This document shows positions 1-9,340 of a DNA stretch of 64,000 nucleotides, piece after piece. Within the stretch, counting starts at the first letter, position 1, and each line of letters begins with the position of its first letter. The stretch is from contig JBEPVD010000006.1 in assembly GCA_041691155.1 (NCBI GenBank), forward strand, positions 4,402-68,401. The letters run 5' to 3'. The position numbers were made by a program, and so were the translations under genes. The notes beneath the pieces were generated by a model, which saw only the letters and a list, made by a program, of their open reading frames with translations, was not told where the DNA came from and made no database searches. Source of the DNA: Candidatus Dormiibacterota bacterium (GTDB lineage Bacteria; Chloroflexota; Dormibacteria; Aeolococcales; Aeolococcaceae).

Positions 1-49
1 GTCCAACTTCACTTGATGGCGTCCGATCAAGACGCCGTGATCTGCCGCT

Positions 50-487
50 TCAGCGGTGCCAGATGTCGTATTGCTCGCCGAGCCCTTCCATCCACGCCGC
101 GTCGGCGAACTTCTCTGGACCCGTTGCAGCGAGCTCGGCGAGATAGTGGTCGAAGCCACCCGGTGTGAAGACTGTGATCATTCGACCGCCGTCGATGCAA
201 TCGACCTCGTGCCAGACGCCGGCCGGAACGTTGATGACGGCCCCGACCGTCGCCACACTCGTCTGATCATCGAAGGCAAACGTGACCGCGCCCTCGAGCA
301 CATAGAAAAGCTCAGTCATCTTCTTGTGATGATGCCGAGCAAGGTGGAATCCTGGCTTGAGCACATCTTCGGCCAGGGTGACCCGTCCGTCTGTCACCTC
401 GAGCGGCGTCTTGATGTAGATGTGGTCATTTTCCCAGTCGTAGTCGACACCGCCACCCGGCGGCACCATGCTGTGCTGCATATTCAT
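50..487 (-). CDS. cupin domain protein
   Basis: 145-aa ORF with a cupin His-motif pair (LARHHHKKMTELFYVLEG ... VPAGVWHE). ATG at 485-487. Confidence 0.7.
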   Translation of the reverse strand: MNMQHSMVPPGGGVDYDWENDHIYIKTPLEVTDGRVTLAEDVLKPGFHLARHHHKKMTELFYVLEGAVTFAFDDQTSVATVGAVINVPAGVWHEVDCIDGGRMITVFTPGGFDHYLAELAATGPEKFADAAWMEGLGEQYDIWHR

Positions 488-591
488 CCGCCCGTGGGCT
501 ATCGCGTTTCAGCCGTCGGGCTAAAGAATAGTGCGATCGCCCGCCCTCCGGTCAGTCGACTGCGGATGCAGAAACGCTTCCGGCGTCCCGA

Positions 592-1374
592 CTAGACGTA
601 CTTCCCCATACCTCCCGCGACGTCGACGGATGCACCGGTGAGGTAGCTCGCGCGATCACTGGCGAGGAAGGCCACGATGCCGCTCACCTCGTCGACGGTG
701 CCGAATCTTCCGAGCGGCACCTCTGTCTTGGCCAGGCCGCCGAAAAAGTCCTCGGCGCTCGACTCCGGAGCCCGGCGGCGCCGGATGTTCTCCCACTGCG
801 GCGTCACGACGCAGCCGATATTGACGGAGTTGACTAAAATGCCGTCGGCCGCCAGCTCGAGGGCCAGTGCCTTGGAGAGGTTGAGGCAGGCCGCCCGATT
901 GACCGTGGTGGCAAAGAACGAAGGATCCGGGTATCGCGCGTACACAGAATTGATGTTGATCACGCGGGCAGCAGCGCTGGCACGGAGGTAGGGGAGTGAT
1001 GCCCGTGTGCAGCGAATCTGCGAGAAGAGCTTGACGTCGAGATCCCCATGCCAGTCCTCGTCGGTGAGGGACTCGAAGGTGCCGGGATGGGCTGCACCTG
1101 CGTTATTGACAAGAATGTCCAATCCGCCGAGCGCTGCCGCACTCTGTGCGACAAGATCGCTGACCTGGCGCGGGTCGGTAACGTCAGTCATCTGCGCGTG
1201 CACGGTGCCGCCTGCGGCTCGCAGTCTTGCTGCCGCAGCATCGATCTCAGCCTGGTTGCGTGCGCAGATCGCGACATGCGCGCCCTCGGCGACCAGCTCA
1301 CGGGCGATAGCGAAACCGATGCCTTTGGAGCCGCCGGTCACGAGCGCGCGGCGGCCGGTGAGGTTGAGTTCCAT
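592..1374 (-). CDS. SDR family oxidoreductase
   Basis: 260 aa. Rossmann motif TGGSKGIG and NNAG motif, classical SDR length. Its ATG directly abuts the TAG of the upstream cupin gene (1372-1377). Confidence 0.85.
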   Translation of the reverse strand: MELNLTGRRALVTGGSKGIGFAIARELVAEGAHVAICARNQAEIDAAAARLRAAGGTVHAQMTDVTDPRQVSDLVAQSAAALGGLDILVNNAGAAHPGTFESLTDEDWHGDLDVKLFSQIRCTRASLPYLRASAAARVININSVYARYPDPSFFATTVNRAACLNLSKALALELAADGILVNSVNIGCVVTPQWENIRRRRAPESSAEDFFGGLAKTEVPLGRFGTVDEVSGIVAFLASDRASYLTGASVDVAGGMGKYV

Positions 1375-1803
1375 CTACGCGTCCGCACTCCCGGGCGTCG
1401 GTGCTGCGTGGCGAGCCGCATGCTCGAGCAGCGAGCGCCGCGGAGGCGTGAAGACGTCGATCTCCTGACACGTCGTGTCTTTGGTTCGTGCCCCGTGCGG
1501 TACCCACGCAGGAATGACCGCCACGTCTCCGGGACGCATGGTGCGCACGTCACCGTCGATCTCGAACTCGAATTCCCCCTCCAGCACGATGGTGAACTGT
1601 TCCTCGACATGCACATGCATTGGAGCGACGGTCTCGCGTTCGAACGAGACGAAGTTGACCAGCGTTCCGTCGCCGAGGACCGGCCGGAAGGCCAGCCCCG
1701 GAACAAACGCCACCGGCTCGATGTCGTTGACGCGAACGTAGCGGCCAGGGCCTGTCGGCGTCCCACCGGCCTCGGTGCTGAAATGTTGCACGGTCTCGGT
1801 CAT
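1375..1803 (-). CDS. cupin domain protein
   Basis: 142 aa. Cupin motifs PMHVHVEEQFTIVLEG ... IPAWVPHG. Its start overlaps the stop of the upstream aminotransferase (ATGA at 1800-1803). Confidence 0.7.
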   Translation of the reverse strand: MTETVQHFSTEAGGTPTGPGRYVRVNDIEPVAFVPGLAFRPVLGDGTLVNFVSFERETVAPMHVHVEEQFTIVLEGEFEFEIDGDVRTMRPGDVAVIPAWVPHGARTKDTTCQEIDVFTPPRRSLLEHAARHAAPTPGSADA

Positions 1804-3059
1804 CGCTTCTCCAATGCTGATTTCACCAGCATGCCGAGGCGCGACACGCCCTCGTCAATGCTGTCCTCGCCGGCGAGGCTGAACGCGAGTCGCATGGTGT
1901 TGAGCCCGTCGTGCTGGGCGTGGAAGGGCCGCCCGGGGACGAAGGCCACGCCGGCCTCGCGAGCCCGCTGCGCAAGCGCCACAGTGTCGAATGTTTCGGG
2001 TCCCGTGAGCCAGGTGAAAAAGCCACCCACCGGCCGGGTCCACGTGATTGCATCCGGCATGTGCTGCTCCAGCGCGTCGAGCATGAGACGGCAACGGTGC
2101 GCGTAGATCGCATTCGATGTGCGGAGTTGCGGATCGAGGTGGCCTCCGCGCATGTACTCCTCGAGCAGACGCTGGGCGAACGCACTCGCACACTGGTCGG
2201 AGTTCTGCTTGGCGATGATCATCTGTGCCACCACAGCCGGAGGTCCCACAGCCCATCCCAGTCGAACGCCCGGGAAAAACGTCTTCGACGTTGTGCCTGC
2301 CTGCACAACGACGTCGGGGCCCATCGACCAGAGTGTCGGAGGCCGTTCCGGCGTGAACCCCAGCTCGCGGTATGCAACGTCCTCGACGATCAGCACGCCG
2401 TGACTGCGGCAGAGTGAGACGAGTCTCGCCCGACGCTCCGCCGTCATGGTCACGCCGGTGGGGTTCTGGTGGTCGGGGATGGTGTACAGCAGCTTCGGAC
2501 GGCGGGCGTTGCACAGTGACTCGAACGCGTCGACGTCAATCCCGTCACCGTCCATGCGGACGCCCTGGACGTCTGCCTCGAAGCTACGGAATCCGTCGAT
2601 GGCACCGAGATACGTCGGTGATTCGACGGCGACGAAGTCGCCACGATCGATGAGCGCCTTGCCCACCAACCCGAGGGCGTCGATGGTGCCGCTCGTCACC
2701 ATCAATTCATCGCTCGGAGGACGTCGCCCTTCGGTCAGAGCGAGGCGATCGGTGAAGGCGGCACGAAGGCCGGGCAGACCGGGGGTCGGAGAATATTGCA
2801 GGGCGACGGCTGCGTCATCGCGGAGCAGTGCGCCGCAGAGTTCCTCCAGGACCTCAACCGGAAACGTTCGCGGATCGGGAAGACCGCCTGCAAAGCTGAT
2901 CAGATCAGCGGAGCCCGTCGCGAGCGCCAGGATGGCCGCCAGCTCGCCGCTTGCCCCATTCGTGCGGTTGGCGAAGGCGAGGTCGAGGTTCGTCGCGGGC
3001 GGCGAAGACATCAGCGGAATCATGGCGATGTGCGTGATCGTGATGTCGAGAGTGGCCAC
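1800..3059 (-). CDS. PLP-dependent aminotransferase (class I/II fold)
   Basis: 419-aa ORF with the PLP-lysine region SKTFFPGVRLGW and a typical aminotransferase layout. Start uncertain: ATG at 3059, alternative ATGs at 3023 and 3011. Confidence 0.8.
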   Translation of the reverse strand: MATLDITITHIAMIPLMSSPPATNLDLAFANRTNGASGELAAILALATGSADLISFAGGLPDPRTFPVEVLEELCGALLRDDAAVALQYSPTPGLPGLRAAFTDRLALTEGRRPPSDELMVTSGTIDALGLVGKALIDRGDFVAVESPTYLGAIDGFRSFEADVQGVRMDGDGIDVDAFESLCNARRPKLLYTIPDHQNPTGVTMTAERRARLVSLCRSHGVLIVEDVAYRELGFTPERPPTLWSMGPDVVVQAGTTSKTFFPGVRLGWAVGPPAVVAQMIIAKQNSDQCASAFAQRLLEEYMRGGHLDPQLRTSNAIYAHRCRLMLDALEQHMPDAITWTRPVGGFFTWLTGPETFDTVALAQRAREAGVAFVPGRPFHAQHDGLNTMRLAFSLAGEDSIDEGVSRLGMLVKSALEKR

Positions 3060-3082
3060 GCGATACCCCGCATACTGGCAAG

Positions 3083-3910
3083 GTGGGAGAACAGGATCCG
3101 GCGATCAGCCGCGCCTTCGTCGAGGCGTCGGTGCCCGCGGCCTATGACCGCTTCATGCGCCCGCAATTGTTCGAGCCATGGGCGAGCGCGCTGATTGCAG
3201 CTGCCGAGCTTGGTCTGGGTCTGCGGGTGCTTGACGTCGCGAGCGGGACGGGCGTCGTTGCGCATGCCGCGGCAGACATGGTCGGCCCAAGCGGCGCGGT
3301 GACCGCGAGCGACATCAGCGCTGCAATGCTCGATGTGAATCGGTCGCGGGCTGGACGCGAGGGTGCGGCTCCCATGGAGTTCGTCGAATGCTCGGCAACA
3401 TCACTGCCCTTCCCGACAGCGAACTTCGATGCCGTGCTCTGTCAGCACAGCCTGCAGTTCATTCCGGATCGTGTTGCCGCGGTCTCGGAGATGCGACGCG
3501 TACTGGTTTCCGCAGGCGTCGCTGCGGTATCGGTCTGGGTCAAAGGCAGTCCGCATGGCTTGTTCTCGCCCGTGGTCGAGACCCTCGCGGCGGCGGGCCT
3601 CCCGGAGCCCTTCCCGGATGCCTACCTGTGGTCGACCCATTGCATGAGCGAGGCCGAGCTCCGGCACACGTTCTTGTCAGCCGGCTTCGCGACCGTGAGC
3701 ATCGACACCCGATCGATCACGGCCGTTTGGCCTGACTCAGCCACCGCGACGGCGGCAGTCCAGGGGATGCCATACGGTCCGCTCGTTGCGTCGCTGCCGA
3801 AAGAGCAGCGCCAGGCGATCCTCGATGAGATTGCGGCGCGGCTCGGCCACGAGGCTGACGGATCAGTGCGTTGCGAGACATCTGCGCTGGTCGCAGTCAG
3901 TCGCGGTTAG
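3083..3910 (+). CDS. class I SAM-dependent methyltransferase
   Basis: 275 aa. SAM-binding motif I VLDVASGTGVVA. GTG start, divergent from the aminotransferase operon. Confidence 0.8.
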   Translation: MGEQDPAISRAFVEASVPAAYDRFMRPQLFEPWASALIAAAELGLGLRVLDVASGTGVVAHAAADMVGPSGAVTASDISAAMLDVNRSRAGREGAAPMEFVECSATSLPFPTANFDAVLCQHSLQFIPDRVAAVSEMRRVLVSAGVAAVSVWVKGSPHGLFSPVVETLAAAGLPEPFPDAYLWSTHCMSEAELRHTFLSAGFATVSIDTRSITAVWPDSATATAAVQGMPYGPLVASLPKEQRQAILDEIAARLGHEADGSVRCETSALVAVSRG

Positions 3911-4125
3911 GACTGGCCCTGCGCAGCAAACAGCTGCTGCATGTGGTTCCCTGCGGCGGCGGACGCCTCCTCCGGGGTACTCCCGTGCTCGCGTGCATAC
4001 ATGTACGCCGCGTACCAGTCCCACCAGTCGTGTTTCGGAGCGGTCCTCTCGAACAGGCCGTGATGATCAGCGGTCTCGTGCAGCAGGTCCGCAAGCGCCG
4101 CAATGTCCATGGTGTCGTCCTCCAC
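3907..4125 (-). CDS. small conserved hypothetical protein
   Basis: 72-aa ORF (HDWWDWYAAYMYAREHG) lying 40 nt downstream of the VOC gene on the same strand. Composition looks coding. Confidence 0.5.
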   Translation of the reverse strand: MEDDTMDIAALADLLHETADHHGLFERTAPKHDWWDWYAAYMYAREHGSTPEEASAAAGNHMQQLFAAQGQS

Positions 4126-4164
4126 GAATTCCGGCTCCGAAATCGATTCGACGTGGGTGTCCGG

Positions 4165-4662
4165 CTAGCGTCCGGGAAGCCGCGTCTTGATCTCCTGCAC
4201 CAGCCAGCCGTTGCCGTCAGGGTCGCTGAACGAGACAAAGGATCCGTAGGAGCGACCTTGCGGGTCTGGTCCTACGACGCGTCCCGTTGTGCCTGCGTGA
4301 TGGAAGACGCCGCCCTCATCGTGAAACACGTCGCTGACGTCAACGCCGCGACCGGCGAGGTCGGCTCGGGCCGCGTCGAGGTCGAAGGCGACAAGCATCA
4401 GATCGTGTGTAGATCCGGGCTCGCCTGACGTGAGTCCCTTGCCGAAGATGATCGAGCATGCCGAGCCTGTCGGAGTCACCTGCACCACGCGAAAGTCATC
4501 ACTGGTTGCAAAGTCGGCGTCCAGCCGCCACCCCAGCGACAGGTAGAACTGCTTGGCCCCATCGACGTCCGCCACGGGCAACACCACCACCTCGAGGCGC
4601 ATGTCCACGGTTCCCGGTGCGGGAGCCTGGGCCGAGGATTCACCAGTGGAGTCGGTGCTCAT
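4165..4662 (-). CDS. VOC family (glyoxalase/bleomycin-resistance fold) protein
   Basis: The listed ORF extends to 4845, but an internal ATG at 4660-4662 is preceded by AGGAGG. The product from MSTDSTG has paired beta-alpha-beta-beta-beta VOC-like modules. Confidence 0.75.
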   Translation of the reverse strand: MSTDSTGESSAQAPAPGTVDMRLEVVVLPVADVDGAKQFYLSLGWRLDADFATSDDFRVVQVTPTGSACSIIFGKGLTSGEPGSTHDLMLVAFDLDAARADLAGRGVDVSDVFHDEGGVFHHAGTTGRVVGPDPQGRSYGSFVSFSDPDGNGWLVQEIKTRLPGR

Positions 4663-4848
4663 GATGTTGACCTCCTGAGGCTGACTTGCCCTGGCGCCAC
4701 GGTAGCGTCTTGAGGCTCCGTGTCGCGCCTCGCTCGACAGGTATGTCTCGCAGATCGATCCCGGCGCCTGGCGCAAAACGACACTCGGTGTATCGATGTG
4801 CGGTAGCACCCTTCCGCGCGCCTGCGATGACGTCGATGTGCTCAATGC

Positions 4849-5472
4849 TCACGCGGCTTCATGCCGTGTCGATGACACCGACGAGTGCCGTTGCTTCTGA
4901 GGATCGATCGTGAGCAGCGGCAGGAAGATGTGTGTCAGCGGACCGATCGACACTGCGTACACGATCGTGCCGATACCGACCGTACCGCCCAGGAGGAATC
5001 CTGCTGCCACGACGGTGAGTTCGATCGCGGTTCGGACGACACGTATGGAATGACCTCGGGCTGCGTAGCCGGTCATGAGACCGTCGCGCGGCCCGGGACC
5101 GAGGCCCGCGCCGATGTATGCACCCGTCGCCAGGCCGTTGAGCACGACCGCCGAGACTAGGAGGACGACGCTGGTGGCGAGGTTCGGCGACCTGGGCATG
5201 AGTGGCAGGACGACATTGATCACCGCGCCGATCCCCACCACGTTGCACAGCGTCCCGAAGCCTGGTCGCTGGCGAAGAGGAATCCAGAGTAGGAGCACCA
5301 CAACTCCCACAACGACCACGCACGTTCCGACGGCCAATCCGGTGCGCCGCGAGAGCCCTTGATGGAAAACGTCCCAAGGGTCTGCGCCCAGACGCGCGCC
5401 GAGGATCATCGCGTCCGTGATCCCGTAGAGGATCAATCCAGCGAAGAGTTGGACGAGTCGGCGAGGTGCCAT
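4849..5472 (-). CDS. YczE/YitT-like integral membrane protein
   Basis: Polytopic hydrophobic ORF (GADPWDVFHQGL motif) divergent from a MocR regulator, the usual partner arrangement. ATG at 5472; a GTG at 5502 is an alternative. Confidence 0.65.
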   Translation of the reverse strand: MAPRRLVQLFAGLILYGITDAMILGARLGADPWDVFHQGLSRRTGLAVGTCVVVVGVVVLLLWIPLRQRPGFGTLCNVVGIGAVINVVLPLMPRSPNLATSVVLLVSAVVLNGLATGAYIGAGLGPGPRDGLMTGYAARGHSIRVVRTAIELTVVAAGFLLGGTVGIGTIVYAVSIGPLTHIFLPLLTIDPQKQRHSSVSSTRHEAA

Positions 5473-5496
5473 CACTTCACCTATGCTATCTGCATG

Positions 5497-5518
5497 TGGC
5501 ACCTTTGCAACAGTGCCA
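5497..5518. promoter_or_regulatory. candidate MocR operator
   Basis: Inverted repeat TGGCAC-N10-GTGCCA in the 83-nt divergent intergenic region. Related direct copies TGGCTC and TGGCCC follow at 5521-5536. Confidence 0.3.
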
Positions 5519-5555
5519 ATTTGGCTCCGTGGCCCGGCTCGCGATCGGAGGAACG

Positions 5556-6989
5556 ATGAGTAGCGTGGCGCCGATCAGCCGCGCGGTCGGTCCCCGAACC
5601 ATGATCGCCCTGCTCGGGTCCTGGCGTGCCGGCGGTCCGGCGTACGAGCAGCTGGCCGGGGGTATCCGCCGCCTGGTTGCGGACGGCCGCCTGCCCATGC
5701 AGTCGCGGCTCCCCGCAGAACGGCACCTTGCGGTGGAACTCGGCGTCAGCAGGAACACGGTCACGGCTGCGTACGAGCGCTTGCGCGGCGAAGGCTACCT
5801 GGACAGCCGCCAGGGTTCGGGGACATGGACCACGCTTCCCGACAGGCCGGCGATCGGCGGAGAGACCGAAACCGCCGGGATCGACCTGACGGTTGCGGCA
5901 CCCGCGGCACCCCCCGGTCTGCAAGCGCAGATCACCGCCGCTCTGCAAGACCTGGACGCCTATTTCGACATGCACGGGTATGAGCCACTGGGACTCCCGG
6001 TGCTGCGCTCAGCGATCGCCGCGCATCTGAGCGCAGCCGGGCTGCCAACCCGGGACTCGCAGATCCTGGTCACCAATGGCGCGGGACAGGCGCTGTATCT
6101 CGTGATTCGAGCCTTGCTCCGTCGCGGCGGCACCGCGATGGTCGAACTGCCCACGTATCCATCGGCACTCGACACCTTTCGTGCCGCGGACATCCGGCTG
6201 GTGTATGCGCCGGTGACGGCGAGCGGCTGGGATATCCCGTTGATGCAGGCGACCTTCGCACGCGCGGAGCCGGATCTCGCGTACCTGGTGCCCGACTTCC
6301 AGAACCCAACCGGTGCCTTGATCGGCGAGGCTGACCGTGAGGCGATGCTGACGGCAGCGATGGGCGCTGACTGTCATGTGGTCGTCGACCAGACCTTTTT
6401 CGATGTGCGGTTCGACGGCACTCCACCTCCCCGGATGGTCGCGCAGATAGCCGACGATCCGCGCGTGCTGACGGTCGGGTCGATGAGCAAGGCGTACTGG
6501 GGCGGTCTTCGCATCGGATGGATACGGGCGACCCCCACCCTGGTGCAACGGCTCGGGCGGGCCCGCGCGACGCAGGACATGGCAAGCCCCGTCATCGAGC
6601 AACTCATTGCAGCCCGGCTCCTCAACGTGCCCGGCCGCGTACTTGCGGACCAGCGTGAGCGCGCACAGACCCAGCGAGACGCTCTCGCCGCCGCGTTACA
6701 ACGGCTGCTCCCCGAGTGGCGATGGACCCTGCCTTCCGGCGGATTGTGCCTGTGGGTGGAGCTTCCCGAGCCCGACAGCGAGAGCCTCGCGGCTCGGGCA
6801 CGCGATGCCGGCGTCCGAATCGCCCCCGGTCCGAGGTTTGGCGCGCCGGGGACTCTCGACCGCTTCGTGCGGATCCCCTTCAGCCTCCCGGCGCCTGTTC
6901 TCGAGGATGCGGTGACGCGACTGGCGTACGCCGCTGCCGGTGCGTCGTCGTCGGTAACGTCGCGTCGAGGGCCCGCCTACGTCGCGTGA
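5556..6989 (+). CDS. MocR/PdxR-type GntR regulator with aminotransferase-like domain
   Basis: N-terminal GntR wHTH (ERHLAVELGVSRNTVTAAYERLRGEGYL) fused to a fold-type I aminotransferase domain (SMSKAYWGGLRIGW). ATG at 5556 preceded by GGAGGA. Confidence 0.85.
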   Translation: MSSVAPISRAVGPRTMIALLGSWRAGGPAYEQLAGGIRRLVADGRLPMQSRLPAERHLAVELGVSRNTVTAAYERLRGEGYLDSRQGSGTWTTLPDRPAIGGETETAGIDLTVAAPAAPPGLQAQITAALQDLDAYFDMHGYEPLGLPVLRSAIAAHLSAAGLPTRDSQILVTNGAGQALYLVIRALLRRGGTAMVELPTYPSALDTFRAADIRLVYAPVTASGWDIPLMQATFARAEPDLAYLVPDFQNPTGALIGEADREAMLTAAMGADCHVVVDQTFFDVRFDGTPPPRMVAQIADDPRVLTVGSMSKAYWGGLRIGWIRATPTLVQRLGRARATQDMASPVIEQLIAARLLNVPGRVLADQRERAQTQRDALAAALQRLLPEWRWTLPSGGLCLWVELPEPDSESLAARARDAGVRIAPGPRFGAPGTLDRFVRIPFSLPAPVLEDAVTRLAYAAAGASSSVTSRRGPAYVA

Positions 6990-7098
6990 CCACGGGAACA
7001 CTTTTCCCGATGCCTATGTCTTGACCTCGCGGCTTCCAGGTTCGAGATGGGCACACCGGCGAACCCGATGTCGATCTTCATCGCGATGTCCCAAGAGA

Positions 7099-7905
7099 CT
7101 ACGCCGTTGCGGGTTCGAAGCTCGCAAGCATCGCCTGCAACGCCTGCTGATCCGGCCCCACAAACGGGTCGGCGCCGGGTGCGAGGCTGAGCATCTCGAA
7201 GAGCTGGGTGCCCAGGCCGATTGCCGGCGGGAGATGGGTGCTGAGGATGACCTCAGGGTCGACCGCGTGCATGGCCTCGACGGTTTTCATGTAACGCGTT
7301 TGGTCGGCGGTGTGCACCCAGGGGCTGTCGATCGTGGCCCACAGGAACTGCGCAGCGCGAAGATCCGCCTCGGGGACGTTGCGCGCGTCCTCGCCGGTCG
7401 CGAGGTCGACCGTTGCCAGGGGCGCACCGAAACAGTCGGAACTGAAGCACGCGCGCGAGCGATCATCGTAAAAGCCGACGGTTGCGGGGTTGTCGAAAAG
7501 AGCGGGCCGGAAGGCGTGCAGGGTGCGATCGCCGACATCGAGCTTTTGCCCGGGATTCAACAGATAGATTCGATCGAGTGGCAGGGGCTGTTCGCATCCC
7601 ATGATGCCGGCGCCGATGAATGTCGTCACCAATCTGGCGTTGGGCGCAGCCTCGAGCAGGCTGAAGAGTCCCCCGGTGTGGTCGCGGTCGGGGTGTGTCA
7701 GCCAGATCCAACGAACCTCGGCCGGGTCCATGACCGTCCTGAGGGTGCTCACGAAGTCGCGATCGGGCAAACCGAGACCGGTGTCGATCACGACCGGCTC
7801 CTGCGCGTGCAGCACAAATGCGTTGACGGGAAGGAACCCGATCCCCGGAACCTCGAGATGATCGCTGAGGACAGTGACGTGATCGTTGTGTCGGTACGCG
7901 TGCAT
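7099..7905 (-). CDS. MBL-fold metallo-hydrolase
   Basis: HxHxDH-type motif LTHPDRDHTGG. Internal ATG at 7903-7905 with AGGAAG upstream. The longer ORF prefix is Arg-rich and non-protein-like. Confidence 0.75.
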   Translation of the reverse strand: MHAYRHNDHVTVLSDHLEVPGIGFLPVNAFVLHAQEPVVIDTGLGLPDRDFVSTLRTVMDPAEVRWIWLTHPDRDHTGGLFSLLEAAPNARLVTTFIGAGIMGCEQPLPLDRIYLLNPGQKLDVGDRTLHAFRPALFDNPATVGFYDDRSRACFSSDCFGAPLATVDLATGEDARNVPEADLRAAQFLWATIDSPWVHTADQTRYMKTVEAMHAVDPEVILSTHLPPAIGLGTQLFEMLSLAPGADPFVGPDQQALQAMLASFEPATA

Positions 7906-7931
7906 ATGGGTCTTCCTCTGAGTCGATGACG

Positions 7932-8687
7932 TTAGAACGGGACAGCGGTAGCGAGCAGTCCTGAGCCGTGAGCGCGGCCGGAGAGAATGCGGCAGAACTC
8001 GACGCCATCGACAGTAAGTTCGGCGGCGCCGGACCCCGCGCTGAAGCGGTCGCCGGCTGGTCCGCCAAGCGTGAGCGTGAACGGCTGTCCGTGCCGTCTT
8101 GCCCACTCCGAGACAACGTCCGCAACGATGCGACCGTCGTGATGAGGCGTGAGTTCGATTTCACGATCGATCGCGCGACAGATATCGATGCGATGGATCC
8201 ACGGATCGCGGGTGAAGATGAGATCGAAGAGGTAGCCGATGGTCCAGGCGGTTTCGCCGGGGAGCTCGGACATGTACGACGCCGCGCGTTGCTCTTCGGT
8301 GGTGCGAGCGCGAGCCGCCAACGCTCTCGGGGACGCGTCGTGGAGGTCGCGAAGCAACGTGGAGGGTGTCAGATGGGCATGTTCTTCGACCTGCAGAGCG
8401 GTCATCGCGTGGAGGCGAAGGCCCCCCGTCCTCGCGGCGACCCCCGCCGCGGTTCTGACCTGGCGCATCCGCTCTTCGCCGTCAGCCTGCAGCTCGAACA
8501 TCCCGAGCACGTGGCCCAGGAGGGACTTGACGTCCCAGTCGGGGCACTCCGTGGGCCGCGACCATTCCTCTGCTGAGAGACCGTCGGCCACGGCCAGCAG
8601 CCGGTCGTTCTCCACTCGCGCGAGGAGCATCGCCTCCTCGTGTCCAACAGCAGGTATCGACTCGACGGCGGTTGCCGGATCGATCAT
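7932..8687 (-). CDS. mycothiol-dependent maleylpyruvate isomerase family (DinB-like) protein
   Basis: 251 aa. N-terminal signature WSRPTECPDWDVKSLLGHV is typical of the MDMPI/TIGR03083-type family. Confidence 0.7.
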   Translation of the reverse strand: MIDPATAVESIPAVGHEEAMLLARVENDRLLAVADGLSAEEWSRPTECPDWDVKSLLGHVLGMFELQADGEERMRQVRTAAGVAARTGGLRLHAMTALQVEEHAHLTPSTLLRDLHDASPRALAARARTTEEQRAASYMSELPGETAWTIGYLFDLIFTRDPWIHRIDICRAIDREIELTPHHDGRIVADVVSEWARRHGQPFTLTLGGPAGDRFSAGSGAAELTVDGVEFCRILSGRAHGSGLLATAVPF

Positions 8688-9286
8688 CGGCGCATCTCAA
8701 TCGACCCGTACTGAGCCAGGAACATGTCAACGGCGTCGTCGGCAAGACGAGTCCAGCGGTCGCTGCCGGGTTCGTTGGACGCTTGCTGTGCTGCGAGACC
8801 GCTGATGATCGCGGTCCACATATCGACTGCCCGAGGGTCGTCGATGCCGCAGGCGCGCAGGCCTGCAACGGCGCCATCGAGCACCTCGAGCGCAGGCGCA
8901 AAGGCCTCGGGGCTCGGCTGGAATCCGTCGATCGTCCGCGTGAACATCAACTGATAGCGGGCCGGGTCTTCGACGCAGAAGGACAGAAAGAGGTGGGTCC
9001 GATTTCGGAGACCCTGTATCGGGTCACGGGCGGTGCCGAGGTCCTTGACTCGTTGGAGGAACTCGCGGTTCGACTCGGCGAACATCGCGTCGAAGATCGC
9101 GAACTTCGAGGGGAAGTACGCGTACAGAGACTGCGCACGCATGCCGACTCGGCTGCCGAGGTCGCGCATGGCCAGCGACGCGAGCCCATCAGCGCGGACC
9201 AGATCCCATGCTGCGTCGATGATCTCCCGCCGCGTCGCCGCAGTGCGCTCGGCGCGGCGATCTCTGGGGATGGTGGAGACTGACAT
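8684..9286 (-). CDS. TetR family transcriptional regulator
   Basis: 200 aa. N-terminal TetR HTH (RREIIDAAWDLVRADGLASLAMRDLGSRVGMRAQSLYAYFPSK). Its stop overlaps the downstream gene start by 4 nt. Confidence 0.85.
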   Translation of the reverse strand: MSVSTIPRDRRAERTAATRREIIDAAWDLVRADGLASLAMRDLGSRVGMRAQSLYAYFPSKFAIFDAMFAESNREFLQRVKDLGTARDPIQGLRNRTHLFLSFCVEDPARYQLMFTRTIDGFQPSPEAFAPALEVLDGAVAGLRACGIDDPRAVDMWTAIISGLAAQQASNEPGSDRWTRLADDAVDMFLAQYGSIEMRR

Positions 9287-9294
9287 AGTCAGCT

Positions 9295-9323
9295 ATAATG
9301 AACGCTGTCAGTTAGAATGTCAA
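9295..9323 (-). promoter_or_regulatory. candidate sigma-70-type promoter giving a near-leaderless TetR mRNA
   Basis: On the minus strand: TTGACA (9323-9318), 17 nt, CATTAT (9300-9295), then 8 nt to the ATG at 9286. Palindrome CTGAC-ATA-GTCAG (9280-9292) overlaps the start codon. Confidence 0.4.
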
Positions 9324-9340
9324 GGTTGCATGGCGCATGG

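Noticed and set aside
7021-7929. 302-aa plus-strand ORF
   Set aside because: It is entirely antisense to the MBL-hydrolase gene. Its composition is Arg/Gly/Asp/His-rich with no motifs, the typical open shadow frame of GC-rich DNA.
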